Part shown: piece after piece, positions 19,604-29,330 of the stretch
How the letters are laid out: each line of letters starts with the position of its first letter
How positions within the stretch are numbered: the stretch's first letter is position 1
Assembly: GCA_965215505.1 (NCBI GenBank)
Contig: OZ244065.1
Coordinates: forward strand, 5,984,001-6,048,000
DNA length: 64,000 nucleotides
Source of the DNA: Capsulimonadaceae bacterium
GTDB lineage: Bacteria; Armatimonadota; Armatimonadia; Armatimonadales; Capsulimonadaceae
Direction: 5' to 3'
Made by a program: the position numbers and the translations under genes
The notes under the pieces: generated by a model
What the model was told of the DNA's origin: nothing
Database searches by the model: none
Seen by the model: the letters and a program-made list of their open reading frames with translations, nothing else

Positions 19604-20183
19604 ATGGATGAAGACCGGGTTCGGGGCGAACTAAATGCCGTGAAGGAAGCCGTAGAGCAGTTGACCGGCCTGCGCTCCCGGTGGAGCGGGAACGTGATCC
19701 TGCTGGCCCCGCCGGAGATCGTGGCGCTGAAAGGCACGCTCGTTTCCGCCGAAAAACGGTGGGCCTGTGACGTGCTGGTGAGTACAGCCATCGTCAGCTC
19801 CCCCCTGCGATGGCGGACGTATGCCCACGAGATGCTCCATTCCGTGTCCGTGGGGCTTAACGAGGCCGACCTCGGCCGCTTCCGGGGTTGGGAGGAGGGC
19901 GTCGTTGAGCAAACGCAGCGCCTCCTCCGCGAGAGGGTTTTGGGCCTCGTCGGCGCGGATACGCCGGAGGCCGCATTTTTTGACGGGGACCGGACGTGGA
20001 GACTCAACCACTATATCAAGGCCCTTGAAGAACTCCGCTTGTTCCTGGGGGCGGAGTCGGAGGCCCACTTCTTGCGCCTCCTCTGGACGCCCCCTGAACG
20101 TGCGCCTCGCGTTCGTCAGGTCACTCAGGCCCGAACCGGACTTCCATCGCCTGTTCGCCTACACGGTGGGCAGGCTGCGCTAG
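19604..20183 (+). pseudogene. HExxH zincin-like protein, probably frameshifted at the C-run near 20090
   Basis: YAHEMLH and GWEEGVVE. Deleting one C gives ...LLWTPLNVRLAFVRSLRPEPDFHRLFAYTVGRLR* ending at 20183 and removes the overlap with the next gene. Confidence 0.55.
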
Positions 20184-20208
20184 TCGGAACAACCAAAAGG
20201 TGTCACGC

Positions 20209-20484
20209 ATGGCAATCATTTATCGCTATGACTTCCCGCCGCACGTCCTCGCGGAGCGCGAGAAGGTGTTCCAGGAGATCGAAGACCTCCTCCTGCTGAG
20301 GACGGTCGCCGCCGCCGACAAAGCGGTCGCGCTGCACCTCGAGTGGGTGCTGAAGCATCGGGATGATTACATGGCCCTTGACTACGGCAGTGACATCTGC
20401 CGTCTGCGTGACGCAATCGTAGCCGTAGCGCCGCTTCCGGCCGACCTCTGGGATGCTGAAGACAATTTTGCGGCCGTTGGCTAG
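20209..20484 (+). CDS. Small hypothetical protein
   Basis: 91-aa ORF with AAGG upstream, directly after the HExxH gene. Confidence 0.6.
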   Translation: MAIIYRYDFPPHVLAEREKVFQEIEDLLLLRTVAAADKAVALHLEWVLKHRDDYMALDYGSDICRLRDAIVAVAPLPADLWDAEDNFAAVG

Positions 20485-20524
20485 TTTCCCTCCGACATCC
20501 GACCGAAAAGGACCCTCACGACAC

Positions 20525-21472
20525 ATGCGCCTCAAACTCGCAAGCCTTCTTTCTGCCGCCGCCCTGCTTCTCCTCACCGGCTGCGGCAACCACGACGCGG
20601 CCGGAACCGGCGGGGCACCGTCCGCAGTGCCGTCCGCGCCGCTCAAGGTCGGCATCATCCCGTTCGAGGATGTGGATGCCATCACGAAAGCGTTCCAGCC
20701 GTACTCAACTTATCTGGGCAAGAAGAGCGGCCGGCCCGACGGGCAGGTGTTCGTCACCCCCTCCTATGCCGGCGTGCTGCAAGCCTTGCAGGCCGACCAG
20801 ATAGACTGCGCCTACCTCAACCCGCTTTCCTATGTGCTGGCGACCCAGCAGTTCGCGAATACGCCGGAAAAGCTGGTCCCCATCTCGATGCCCTACTTCC
20901 ACCACAGCCTGACCTACAAGGGCGTCATCTTCGTGCGGGCCGACTCGGGCATCAACTCGCTCAAGGACCTCAAAGGCAGGAGCTTCGCCTTCGGCGACCG
21001 GACCTCCACGTCCAGCTTCCTGTACCCGGCGGGGATGCTCAAGAAGGCCGGCATTGACCCGGAGAAGGACCTGAAGCCGGTCAACATCAGCGGAACGGCG
21101 GGCGTGCTGGCCGTCTTCAACAAGCAGGTTGACGCGGGCGCGATCTACGAGACGGGCATCCAGCAGGCCTTCACCGATCCGGCGACAAAGAAGGTGGATC
21201 AGGCCAAAGTAAGCCAGTTCAAGATCATCGCGACCACCGACCCCATCCCGAACGGCATGTTCGTGGCGCGCGGGAACCTGGACCCGGCGACGCTGGACAA
21301 GCTGAAGGCCGCGCTGGCGAACATCAACACCGACCCCGACGGGCAGGCCGCCCTGAAGGTGATCCCCTGGGACAAGATCGTGCCCGCCGACGACTCGATC
21401 TTCAATCCCGTGCGCGAGAACGCTCAGATTTTCGGCCTGGACATCAAGGCGCTGGACGAGAAGAAGAAGTAG
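20525..21472 (+). CDS. phnD: Phosphate/phosphite/phosphonate ABC transporter substrate-binding lipoprotein
   Basis: Lipobox LLTGC; DRTSTSSFLYP; DPIPN. Confidence 0.88.
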   Translation: MRLKLASLLSAAALLLLTGCGNHDAAGTGGAPSAVPSAPLKVGIIPFEDVDAITKAFQPYSTYLGKKSGRPDGQVFVTPSYAGVLQALQADQIDCAYLNPLSYVLATQQFANTPEKLVPISMPYFHHSLTYKGVIFVRADSGINSLKDLKGRSFAFGDRTSTSSFLYPAGMLKKAGIDPEKDLKPVNISGTAGVLAVFNKQVDAGAIYETGIQQAFTDPATKKVDQAKVSQFKIIATTDPIPNGMFVARGNLDPATLDKLKAALANINTDPDGQAALKVIPWDKIVPADDSIFNPVRENAQIFGLDIKALDEKKK

Positions 21473-21478
21473 CCTCTC

Positions 21479-22240
21479 ATGCCCGATGTCATTGCCATTG
21501 ACAGCCTGACCCACTCGTACAAGGTGGGCGTCCCCGTCCTGCGCGGCGTGGACCTGCACGTCGCGCCGGGCGAGATCGTGGGGCTGATCGGCCTGTCCGG
21601 GGCGGGCAAGAGCACCCTGCTGCGCTGCATCAACGGCCTGGTGCGGCCCACCGGCGGGGCCTGCGTCGTGCTGGGAACGCCGGTCGAGTCGCTGGCGGAG
21701 GGGCAGATGCGCCTGCTGCGGCGGCGGATCGGGATGATCTTCCAGGAGTTCAACCTGATGGAGCGGCTGACGGTGCAGAAGAACGTCCTGATCGGGCGGC
21801 TCGGCTACACGCCCACGCTGCCTTCCTGCCTGCACCGCTTTTCCGCCGCCGACGTGCGCCTGGCGCGCGAGTGTCTGGCGCAGGTGGGGCTGGAGGGGCT
21901 GGAAATGCGCCGCGTCCGCGACCTGTCCGGCGGCCAGAAGCAGCGCGTCGCCATCGCTAGGACGATGGCGCAGGGCGCGGAGATCATCCTGGCGGACGAG
22001 GCGACGGCGAACCTCGACGTGCTGACCAAGGACGACATCATGGCCCTGCTCCGGGACCTGGCGCGGGAGCGGAACAGGACTCTGATTTTGTCCATGCACG
22101 ACCTGCCGCTCGCCAAGCGCTACTGTACGCGCATCGTCGGCCTGAAGCAGGGCCGGATCACCTTCGACGCCGCCCCCGATGCCCTGAGCGATGACGCCAT
22201 CGCCGATGTCCTGGAGCGGTCGCCGCATGTCTTCGCTTAA
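21479..22240 (+). CDS. phnC: Phosphonate ABC transporter ATPase
   Basis: GLSGAGKS, IGMIFQEFNL, LSGGQKQRVAIAR, ILADE. Confidence 0.9.
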   Translation: MPDVIAIDSLTHSYKVGVPVLRGVDLHVAPGEIVGLIGLSGAGKSTLLRCINGLVRPTGGACVVLGTPVESLAEGQMRLLRRRIGMIFQEFNLMERLTVQKNVLIGRLGYTPTLPSCLHRFSAADVRLARECLAQVGLEGLEMRRVRDLSGGQKQRVAIARTMAQGAEIILADEATANLDVLTKDDIMALLRDLARERNRTLILSMHDLPLAKRYCTRIVGLKQGRITFDAAPDALSDDAIADVLERSPHVFA

Positions 22241-23024
22241 GCCCGTGTTCGCCGCCGCGGGCCGCCTGCTGCTGGCGCTCGCCGTCCTGGCCCTGATCGT
22301 CTGGGCCTTCATTGGCCTGCAATTCGACTTCACCCACTTCCGCACCGGCGTCCGGTCCGGCGCGGAGTACGTCGGGCGCATGTTCCCGCGCAAGGGCGCG
22401 GACTGGCGGTACGACCTTGCCCTGGGGCGCGACCTCTGGGCGCCCTTCCTGACCACGGTGCAGATGGCGATCGTCGGCACGACCCTGGGCGCGCTCCTGG
22501 CGTTCCCGTTCTCGTTCCTGGCCGCCCGGACCGGTGCCGTCCCGCGGCCCCTGAGCGCCCTGATCAAGACCTATCTGAACGTCTCGCGGGCCGTGCCGAC
22601 CATCATTTACGCCCTCATCGTCGTCTCGGCCATTGGGCTGGGGCCGTCGGCAGGCGCGCTGGCGATCTCGTTCGTCACCTTCGTCTCGCTCGCCAAGCTG
22701 TGGGCGGAGAGCCTGGAGTCGGTCGCCGCCGGGCCGATCGAGGCCGTGCGCGCGGCGGGTGGCAACGCCGCCCAGGTCTTCGTGTTCGGGATGCTCCCGC
22801 AGGTCTTCCCGTCGTTCCTGTCCACGACGCTCTACTCGCTGGAGTTCAACCTGAAGGACTCTTTCATCGTTGGAATCGTCGGCGCGGGCGGGCTGGGCTT
22901 CCAGCTCTACAACGCCATCAACCTGTTCAAGCTGCTGGATGCCGGGGTGATCGTGGCCCTGCTGATCGTCCTCGTCAACCTGGTGGATTACCTGTCGTAC
23001 CGGGTGCGCCTCGTCTTCTCGTGA
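22227..23024 (+). CDS. phnE: Phosphonate ABC transporter permease
   Basis: TVQMAIVGT, GLGPSAGALA, EAVRAAGG, VGIVGAGGLG. Confidence 0.9.
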   Translation: MSSLKPVFAAAGRLLLALAVLALIVWAFIGLQFDFTHFRTGVRSGAEYVGRMFPRKGADWRYDLALGRDLWAPFLTTVQMAIVGTTLGALLAFPFSFLAARTGAVPRPLSALIKTYLNVSRAVPTIIYALIVVSAIGLGPSAGALAISFVTFVSLAKLWAESLESVAAGPIEAVRAAGGNAAQVFVFGMLPQVFPSFLSTTLYSLEFNLKDSFIVGIVGAGGLGFQLYNAINLFKLLDAGVIVALLIVLVNLVDYLSYRVRLVFS

Positions 23025-23046
23025 CGCTCTTAGAGAGCCGGGATCA

Positions 23047-23616
23047 ATGGACCGAACCAAAAACACGCTCGCTGTCCTGTTCGTCGCCGCCGCCTTCGGG
23101 CTGCTGTTCTTCAGCGTCCGGACGTCCAAAATCGCCGACCAGACCTCGCGCGGGCTGATCGCCGCCGGAGACGCCAAGCCCGCCGTTGACTTCACGCTGC
23201 CGGTCGCCGCGACGGGCCGCCCGCTGCGGCTGGCGAACGCCGAGAAGGCCGGGCCGGTCGTGCTGGACTTCTGGGCGACCTGGTGCGCGCCGTGTCAGGC
23301 GGAACTGCCGCACCTCGAAACGCTGTCGCGCAAGTACAAGGGCCGCGTCGCGTTCTACGGCGTGGATTCCAGCGACACGCCGCACATCATCATGGCCTTC
23401 ACAAGCCAGAGCGGCTTGACCTTCCCCACGCTCAGTGATCCCAATCACTCCGTCTCGTTCCTCTACGGCGCGGACTCCATCCCCCTGCTGGTCGTCGTCG
23501 ACGGCAAAGGGCGCGCGCGCTCGGTCGTCAACGGCTACGACCCCAATGAGAACGTCGAGGTTTCACTCTCCAAAACACTAGACGCCCTGCTGGCCGAACA
23601 AAGGAAAACCCCATGA
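23047..23616 (+). CDS. TlpA/ResA-like thiol-disulfide oxidoreductase
   Basis: N-terminal TM segment; DFWATWCAPC. Confidence 0.9.
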   Translation: MDRTKNTLAVLFVAAAFGLLFFSVRTSKIADQTSRGLIAAGDAKPAVDFTLPVAATGRPLRLANAEKAGPVVLDFWATWCAPCQAELPHLETLSRKYKGRVAFYGVDSSDTPHIIMAFTSQSGLTFPTLSDPNHSVSFLYGADSIPLLVVVDGKGRARSVVNGYDPNENVEVSLSKTLDALLAEQRKTP

Positions 23617-24728
23617 CAAAGCAGACCTGCCTCCCCGCCTTCGCCCTGCTGGCACTGGCCGTACCTGCCATTGCTCAGACTCCCGCCGCACCCCTGACGC
23701 CGCCCGCCGTGCTGGGCGCGGCCAAGACGATCCAGTTCACGGCCACCCAAGTAATGGGGCCGGGGGACACTCCCGTCAGAGTCTCCGTCGCTTCTCTGGC
23801 ACAGCCGAACAAGGCGTTCATCCAGGACACCGTCGCCAAGTCAAATACACTTTCCACGGTGTATGCCTCCGACGGCAAGACCCAGACCGAGTACAACCGG
23901 CCTCGCAGCCGCTACACCACGTCCGGCGCTGCCGCTCGTCTCGCCGATCTGAACTCCGGCACGCTCGCCCTCTCTGTCCTGACGGACTTCCTCACCCCCG
24001 AATCGTTCGCCAAGTTCCACCATGCCACGAGTGATGCCGCCGGTGTCTACCGGATGCCGCTGGGGAAGCAGGGGGCGAGAACCATCGAGGAAGTCCTGGC
24101 GCTCGACCAGGCGACGGGACTGCCCGCCTCCATTTCCATCTTCATCAAGCCGAGCAAGACGCCCGAGGTGCCGGCGGAGCGCATCCTGTTCACCGACTGG
24201 AAGCTGGACGCGCCCATTGATGACGCCAAGTTCGCCTATGCGCCGCCCGCGACGGCCACCCTCTACAGCCCGCCGAAGCTGCTGGCAAACGGGACGCCGG
24301 CACCGGACTTCACCGCGAACGACAAGGACGGCCACCCGGTCAAGCTCTCCGACTACAAGGGGAAGACCGTCGTGCTGGACTTCTGGGCGACCTGGTGCGG
24401 CCCGTGCCAGATGTCCCTGCCGCACACCACGGCCGTCGCCAAGCAGTATGCCGACAAGGGCGTGACCGTCCTGGCCGTCAACGTCTGGGACAAGCCCGAG
24501 TTGTTTCAGGCCTGGCTGCCCAAGCACCCGCAGTACGGCGGCCTCAACTTCCTGATTGACCCGGCCAAAGACGACGCCAAAGGCATCGCGACGGGCCTCT
24601 ACGGCGTGTCCGGCATCCCGACGCAGTACGTCATCGGGAAGGACGGCCGGGTCGTCAAGAGCATCGTCGGCTACGAGGAAGGCGGCACTGCGCTCGAAGA
24701 CGCCTTGAAGGCGGCGGGTGCCTCGTAG
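23613..24728 (+). CDS. Secreted protein with a LolA-like N-terminal domain and a TlpA-like C-terminal domain
   Basis: Signal peptide; WKLDAPIDDAKFAYAPP (LolA-like end); DFWATWCGPC, GIPT. Confidence 0.8.
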   Translation: MTKQTCLPAFALLALAVPAIAQTPAAPLTPPAVLGAAKTIQFTATQVMGPGDTPVRVSVASLAQPNKAFIQDTVAKSNTLSTVYASDGKTQTEYNRPRSRYTTSGAAARLADLNSGTLALSVLTDFLTPESFAKFHHATSDAAGVYRMPLGKQGARTIEEVLALDQATGLPASISIFIKPSKTPEVPAERILFTDWKLDAPIDDAKFAYAPPATATLYSPPKLLANGTPAPDFTANDKDGHPVKLSDYKGKTVVLDFWATWCGPCQMSLPHTTAVAKQYADKGVTVLAVNVWDKPELFQAWLPKHPQYGGLNFLIDPAKDDAKGIATGLYGVSGIPTQYVIGKDGRVVKSIVGYEEGGTALEDALKAAGAS

Positions 24729-24800
24729 ACCGTTCCTCTCGTAGACCGTTTATGCCGCGCCGCCGCCGGGTAACTAGGACCTGGAATACGGAGGGTCATC

Positions 24801-25220
24801 ATGTCTCACGATCAAGCGACGAAACAGGCTTTCGAGCATACGGCGAAGATGGAGAAGCAGGCACGCGAAGAAGCGCGCGAGGAAGACGCGCTGAACGCGG
24901 CGGTCCTGAAGGCGGACAACCACACGGGCCAGCAGGGGATGATGCCGGTGGGCGGCGGACTCATCGAGGGGACGGAGATCAAGCAACTCCGCGACATGCT
25001 GCCCGACTGGCACAAGGACGAGCTGCGGCGGCTCCTGATCGTCTCCCCCGGAACGCGGCTGGCGCAGGGCGACATCTACTGCGACCTGCGGTTCAAGGAG
25101 CGGGGTGAGCTGGTCGCGCACGGCGAGGAAGAAGTCCATGAGGAGCTTCTGGTGCCGAAAAAGGCCGTGGATTACGAGATCTGGAACAAGCTGCTCGGCA
25201 AGCCGAACCTGGCGGGATGA
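24801..25220 (+). CDS. Hypothetical acidic protein
   Basis: GGAGG RBS; 139 aa with typical GC-rich codon usage. Confidence 0.7.
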   Translation: MSHDQATKQAFEHTAKMEKQAREEAREEDALNAAVLKADNHTGQQGMMPVGGGLIEGTEIKQLRDMLPDWHKDELRRLLIVSPGTRLAQGDIYCDLRFKERGELVAHGEEEVHEELLVPKKAVDYEIWNKLLGKPNLAG

Positions 25221-25222
25221 CT

Positions 25223-25247
25223 GTAGGGGCGCGATTCATCGCGCCCT
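25223..25247 (+). repeat. GTAG-type REP
   Basis: GTAGGGGCGCGATTCATCGCGCCCT, a palindrome after GTAG. Confidence 0.75.
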
Positions 25248-25255
25248 CTTTCCCA

Positions 25256-26272
25256 TCAAAAGGCAAGAGCCTCCGGCTCCGCTTCAATCGCGGCGTCGGG
25301 GGCTTTTTCCATGTCTATCAGGTAGCGGGCCGTCATCTTGCGGGCCGCCTCGGCGACGGCGGCCCGCAGCGGGACGGGTTCGATGACTTCGGCCTGCGCG
25401 CCGAAGGACAGCACCCAGTAGAGCATTTCCTCGTAGCCATGGACGGTCACGCGGAAGAGCAGGCTGCCGTCGGGCTGCTTCTCGATCTTTTGGGTGGTGT
25501 GCCACTGCCCCCCGGCGATCCAGCCGGCCACCTCCCGGTCGAAATGGATGACCACCTCGGTCGGCTCCCCGCCCGCCTGCAACTGCCAGCCGCGACTCAG
25601 CCACTCGGCCAGATCGAAGTCCTTGGGGTACTGAAATCGGGCATCCTCGTTGACGCGCAGCCACTTGATTCGGTCCAGGCCGAAGGTGCGGATGCCCGAG
25701 CGCAGGTGGCAGTAGCCGACCAGATACCAGGCCCCGATCTTGTAGGTCAGCCCATAGGGGTCCACGCGCCGCTTGGTCGGTTCGGGCCGGTTCCGGGAGA
25801 GGTAAGTAATGTCTACAGGGTGGTGGCGCATGATGGCCGACTGCAAATCCTGGTAGATGACGGCGGAAAAGTCCCGGACGACCGGCAGGCCGATGGAAAC
25901 GCGCTCGTCCGACTTCTTGATCTCGGAGGCGATGCGCCGGGGCAGGATGAGGTCGATCTTCTTCAGGGCGGACGCCAGAGCGCCCTTGTAGGCCGCCCCA
26001 GCTTGGTTGGCGAAGCTGGTCCCGGCCAGCCGCAGGGCGAGGGCTTCGGGGGGCGTGAAGGAGGTCGGCAGGAACTTCATTTCGGCCAGCCCGAACTTGC
26101 CGTCCTTGCGCTTGACCTGTCCCCACTGCCGCAGGACGGCGATGTCCCGCTCGATGGTGGCGCGGGACACGTCGAACTTCTTTTCCAGTTCGGCGGCGTC
26201 CCAGGTGTACGGCTCCCGGTCAATCAGTTGGAGGATCTGGATCAGCCTTGAGAATTGTTCTTCGAGTGTCAT
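25256..26272 (-). CDS. HTH-WYL-WCX transcriptional regulator (YafY/PafBC-like)
   Basis: FDVSRATIERDI wHTH; RRVDPYGL...AWYLVGYCHLRSGIRTFGLDRI; WVLSFGAQAEVIEP. Confidence 0.93.
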   Translation of the reverse strand: MTLEEQFSRLIQILQLIDREPYTWDAAELEKKFDVSRATIERDIAVLRQWGQVKRKDGKFGLAEMKFLPTSFTPPEALALRLAGTSFANQAGAAYKGALASALKKIDLILPRRIASEIKKSDERVSIGLPVVRDFSAVIYQDLQSAIMRHHPVDITYLSRNRPEPTKRRVDPYGLTYKIGAWYLVGYCHLRSGIRTFGLDRIKWLRVNEDARFQYPKDFDLAEWLSRGWQLQAGGEPTEVVIHFDREVAGWIAGGQWHTTQKIEKQPDGSLLFRVTVHGYEEMLYWVLSFGAQAEVIEPVPLRAAVAEAARKMTARYLIDMEKAPDAAIEAEPEALAF

Positions 26273-26342
26273 GATGCGTCAGCGGACCCATAGCGAACCC
26301 GCCCAGGAGCTTACCTGTGGCGGGCGTCACTTCCTTCCCCCC

Positions 26343-28115
26343 TCATCTCTCGTTCAGCAGGTGGGCCTCGCCGCCCGGCGAGATCGTGTAGCGGAGTTTC
26401 GTGACCTCATGTTCGGGGTCCCAATCTTCCATGCGGTCGTTCGTGACCAGGGGCGCTCCCAGCAGTTTGGCCGCCCGCAGCAGCACCTCATCCGCCTGGG
26501 TGCCGGCATCCACCAGCAGGAGTTCCGAGTTGTCGCGCAGGCCGCGCAGGGCGGCCGGTTCGTCAATGGAATAGGGCAGGTTGGCGTCGGCGTACAGGAC
26601 GACCGGGAAGAAGCCGCGCGCCCACAGTGCGCGCCGCACGGCCCGCAGGTGGCGCAGGCGCGGCTGACCGTGGACCAGCGATTCCTGGTCGAACCAGGCG
26701 ACGTTGCTGCCGTCCACCACGGCCGGCCCGCGCGGCGTCCGGCGCAACGGGATGAGGCGGGCGGGGTCGTCCGAGGCGGCCTGTTCCAGCGCGGCCCAGA
26801 TGCGGGCGTGGCCGGCGGGGTCGGCGGCTCCCAGGGCAACCAGGGCGGAGCGGACGGCGTCCACGAGCGCCCCGCCGCGATCTACGGCCTCGATGACCGA
26901 GCGCGCGGTCGCTGTCAGGCCCGGTTCCAGTCTCATCGCCAGTTTCAGCGGCAGAGGGTCGTCCGGCCCGAGCGCGCCGGGCGGCGGCATCAGGACGGGG
27001 GCCAGCGGCGTCTGCGTCACGATGATGTTCGCCAGCCAGCCGTGTGCGTAGGGGTCCGCCCCGCGCAGCTTGGACAGCAGAAGACGGCCCGCCTCGACGC
27101 CCGCCGCGTCGGCGGGCGAGAGCGCAGACAAATACTGCCGGGCCTCGGCCTCCGCCCCCTCGGGGCGTGCCACCAGCCGCAGCAGGCGTCGCAGGGTTTC
27201 GGCGGCGGCAACCGTCTCCTGCCGCGTGATCTCGACGCCCAGCAGGCGACGGGCATAGGCGGCGGCGGAACGGAGGTCCTTTTTGCCCTCCATCGCCCGG
27301 CTCGCGATGTCCAGGGCGTCGGCGTCGTCCGCATCCGCCTTCAGCACGTCCTCGGCCAGCGCCAGCGCCACATCATGTTTGCCCTTGTCCAGCAGGTGCC
27401 GCGCCGCCGTCAGCCACGGAGAAACGGTGGGGACCGCCCCGGCCGAGGCGGCGCGCGTGGAACGGGCGGGCAAGGAAGGCGGCGGCGAGACTTTGTCCTC
27501 ACTGAGCGCCTTCAGCAGCCGCGTCTCCGTCTGCTCCGCGCGCGCCACCTGACGCTCCAGGCGGCTGATCCGGTCCGCCTGCTTTTTGGCGAGGGCGAGC
27601 GACTCGTCGCGCCCCGCCTCCGCCGCTCTCCTGGCCTTCAGTGCCGCTTCTGTTTCCGCCTGAGCCATCCCAAGGGCCTGCCGCGCCTCGTCGCGCTCCC
27701 GCCGCCGCTGGTCCCGCTCGGCACGGACGGCGGCCACCGCGTCCGGCTTATCGGGAGTCGGGGACGCTCGGGGTGGGGTGGGGGGCGTCTTCGGGGGGGC
27801 GGGCGCGGGTGCAGGCTCCACCTCGGCGATCTCGCGCAGCTTGTCGGCCAGCGCGGCGTCCTTCACGGCGGCGAGGACGAGCCGGGTGCGGACGAGGGGA
27901 TTGGCATAGCCCTTGGCGTCCGTGCGGAAGCCGAGAAAAGCCTGGCTGACGCCGAATCCGTGGTCCGGGTCTTTGAGCAGGGCGAGGACGGCGGCGGGCC
28001 GGACGCGGGAAAGCCAGCCCCGCACCGTGGCCGCGTCGAGCGGTTCCGCTTCGGGTTCGGCGGTTTCAGCCTTCGCCGGCTCCGGGTCGTTTGCGACCGG
28101 GGCGTCCTCTTCCAT
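26343..28115 (-). CDS. Coiled-coil/TPR-like protein with a C-terminal Zc3h12a (Regnase)-like NYN RNase domain
   Basis: VVDGSNVA...YADANL...QADEVLL...LVTNDRMEDW acidic NYN/PIN catalytic pattern. Confidence 0.8.
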   Translation of the reverse strand: MEEDAPVANDPEPAKAETAEPEAEPLDAATVRGWLSRVRPAAVLALLKDPDHGFGVSQAFLGFRTDAKGYANPLVRTRLVLAAVKDAALADKLREIAEVEPAPAPAPPKTPPTPPRASPTPDKPDAVAAVRAERDQRRRERDEARQALGMAQAETEAALKARRAAEAGRDESLALAKKQADRISRLERQVARAEQTETRLLKALSEDKVSPPPSLPARSTRAASAGAVPTVSPWLTAARHLLDKGKHDVALALAEDVLKADADDADALDIASRAMEGKKDLRSAAAYARRLLGVEITRQETVAAAETLRRLLRLVARPEGAEAEARQYLSALSPADAAGVEAGRLLLSKLRGADPYAHGWLANIIVTQTPLAPVLMPPPGALGPDDPLPLKLAMRLEPGLTATARSVIEAVDRGGALVDAVRSALVALGAADPAGHARIWAALEQAASDDPARLIPLRRTPRGPAVVDGSNVAWFDQESLVHGQPRLRHLRAVRRALWARGFFPVVLYADANLPYSIDEPAALRGLRDNSELLLVDAGTQADEVLLRAAKLLGAPLVTNDRMEDWDPEHEVTKLRYTISPGGEAHLLNER

Positions 28116-28118
28116 GGC

Positions 28119-29231
28119 TCAGGCCGCCCCTGCCAGGACGGGCAGGGGCCGCTCGGCGGGCCGCCGCCGGGTCGCCTCGGTCACGAGCTGCCCGCAGGCG
28201 GCGGCGATCTGTTTCCCGCGCTCCTTGCGCTGGGTCACGGTGATGCCGGCGTCCTCCAGTATCTTGCGGAAGGCAAAGATGCGCGAGGACTCGGGCCGCC
28301 CGAACGGCTCCGCCACGGACGTCGGGTTGTAGGGGATGACGTTCACCGCCGCCCCCATCCCCTTGATCAGCCGGGCCAGCTCGCGGGCGTGTTCCGGCTC
28401 ATCGTTGACATTGCGCAGCAGGACATACTCAAAGGTCAGCCGCCGCCCCGTGTGTTCGGCGTAGCCCCGGCAGGCCGTCATCAGCCGATCCAAGGGGTAG
28501 GTCTTGTTAACGGGGACCAGACGTGTCCGCAGAACGTCGTTCGGCGCGTGGAGCGACACGGCCAGGGTGAGCTGCAAGTTTTCGGCGGCCAGCTTCTCGA
28601 TGTTCGGGACGATGCCGACCGTGGACAGCGTGATGTGGCGCATGGCGATCCCGCACTCGGCGTTTAGGATTTTGATCGCCTTCAGCACGGCGTCGTAGTT
28701 CAGCAGCGGCTCGCCCATGCCCATCAGAACGATGTGGCTGATGCGGCGCGCTGACAGAGACTGGAGCAGAAGGTACTGAGACACGATCTCGCCCGCCGAA
28801 AGGTTGCGCGTCAACCCCTGCGTCCCCGTCGCGCAGAAGGCGCAGGCCATCGGGCAGCCCGCCTGCGTCGAGAGGCACACCGAGACGCGCTTCTCGTCGG
28901 GCAGCAGGACGCACTCGATGGGGTGCCCGCCCTTCGTCAGCTTCGCCAGGGCCTTCACCGTGCCGTCGCGCGGGTCTTCCTGCTTCTGCGTCAGTGCGAG
29001 GGGCGGCCCGGCGAAGTGTTCCGTCAGGGCACCCCGCGCGCTCCGAGGCAGGTCGGTCATGGCGGCGAAGTCCGCCGCAAACCCGCCGCCCTCTTCGGGC
29101 ATGGGGCGGCGGTACAGCCATTCGGCCACCTGCGACCCCCGGTACGCCGGCAGGCCCGCCGCCTCGGCCACGAGGGCGCGGATTTCTTCCGTCGTGTGCC
29201 CGATCAAACTCTCAAATTGATGTTCTACCAC
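28119..29231 (-). CDS. rlmN: Radical-SAM 23S rRNA/tRNA methyltransferase
   Basis: CLSTQAGCPMACAFCATG, MGMGEPLLN, FEYVLL, IAAACGQL; GTG start 7 nt after TATACT. Confidence 0.93.
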   Translation of the reverse strand: MVEHQFESLIGHTTEEIRALVAEAAGLPAYRGSQVAEWLYRRPMPEEGGGFAADFAAMTDLPRSARGALTEHFAGPPLALTQKQEDPRDGTVKALAKLTKGGHPIECVLLPDEKRVSVCLSTQAGCPMACAFCATGTQGLTRNLSAGEIVSQYLLLQSLSARRISHIVLMGMGEPLLNYDAVLKAIKILNAECGIAMRHITLSTVGIVPNIEKLAAENLQLTLAVSLHAPNDVLRTRLVPVNKTYPLDRLMTACRGYAEHTGRRLTFEYVLLRNVNDEPEHARELARLIKGMGAAVNVIPYNPTSVAEPFGRPESSRIFAFRKILEDAGITVTQRKERGKQIAAACGQLVTEATRRRPAERPLPVLAGAA

Positions 29232-29296
29232 ACCTGAGAGTATACCCGGAATGGGAGTCGGCGTCAACGAGCGGTCGGAGCGGACAGATCCGAACA

Positions 29297-29323
29297 TACA
29301 GAAACGGCGGATTCTCCCGATAA
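29297..29323 (+). promoter_or_regulatory. Sigma28-like promoter of PilZ gene 1
   Basis: TACA-N15-CCCGATAA, sharing TACAGAAACGGC with the copy at 31564. Confidence 0.6.
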
Positions 29324-29330
29324 TACTGCC

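Noticed and set aside
26007-28667. 886-aa plus-strand ORF and other long antisense ORFs (20705..22567, 40071..41945, 46951..48276, 51997..53547, 54044..55621)
   Set aside because: Shadow ORFs of GC-rich genes on the opposite strand, with no recognisable motifs.
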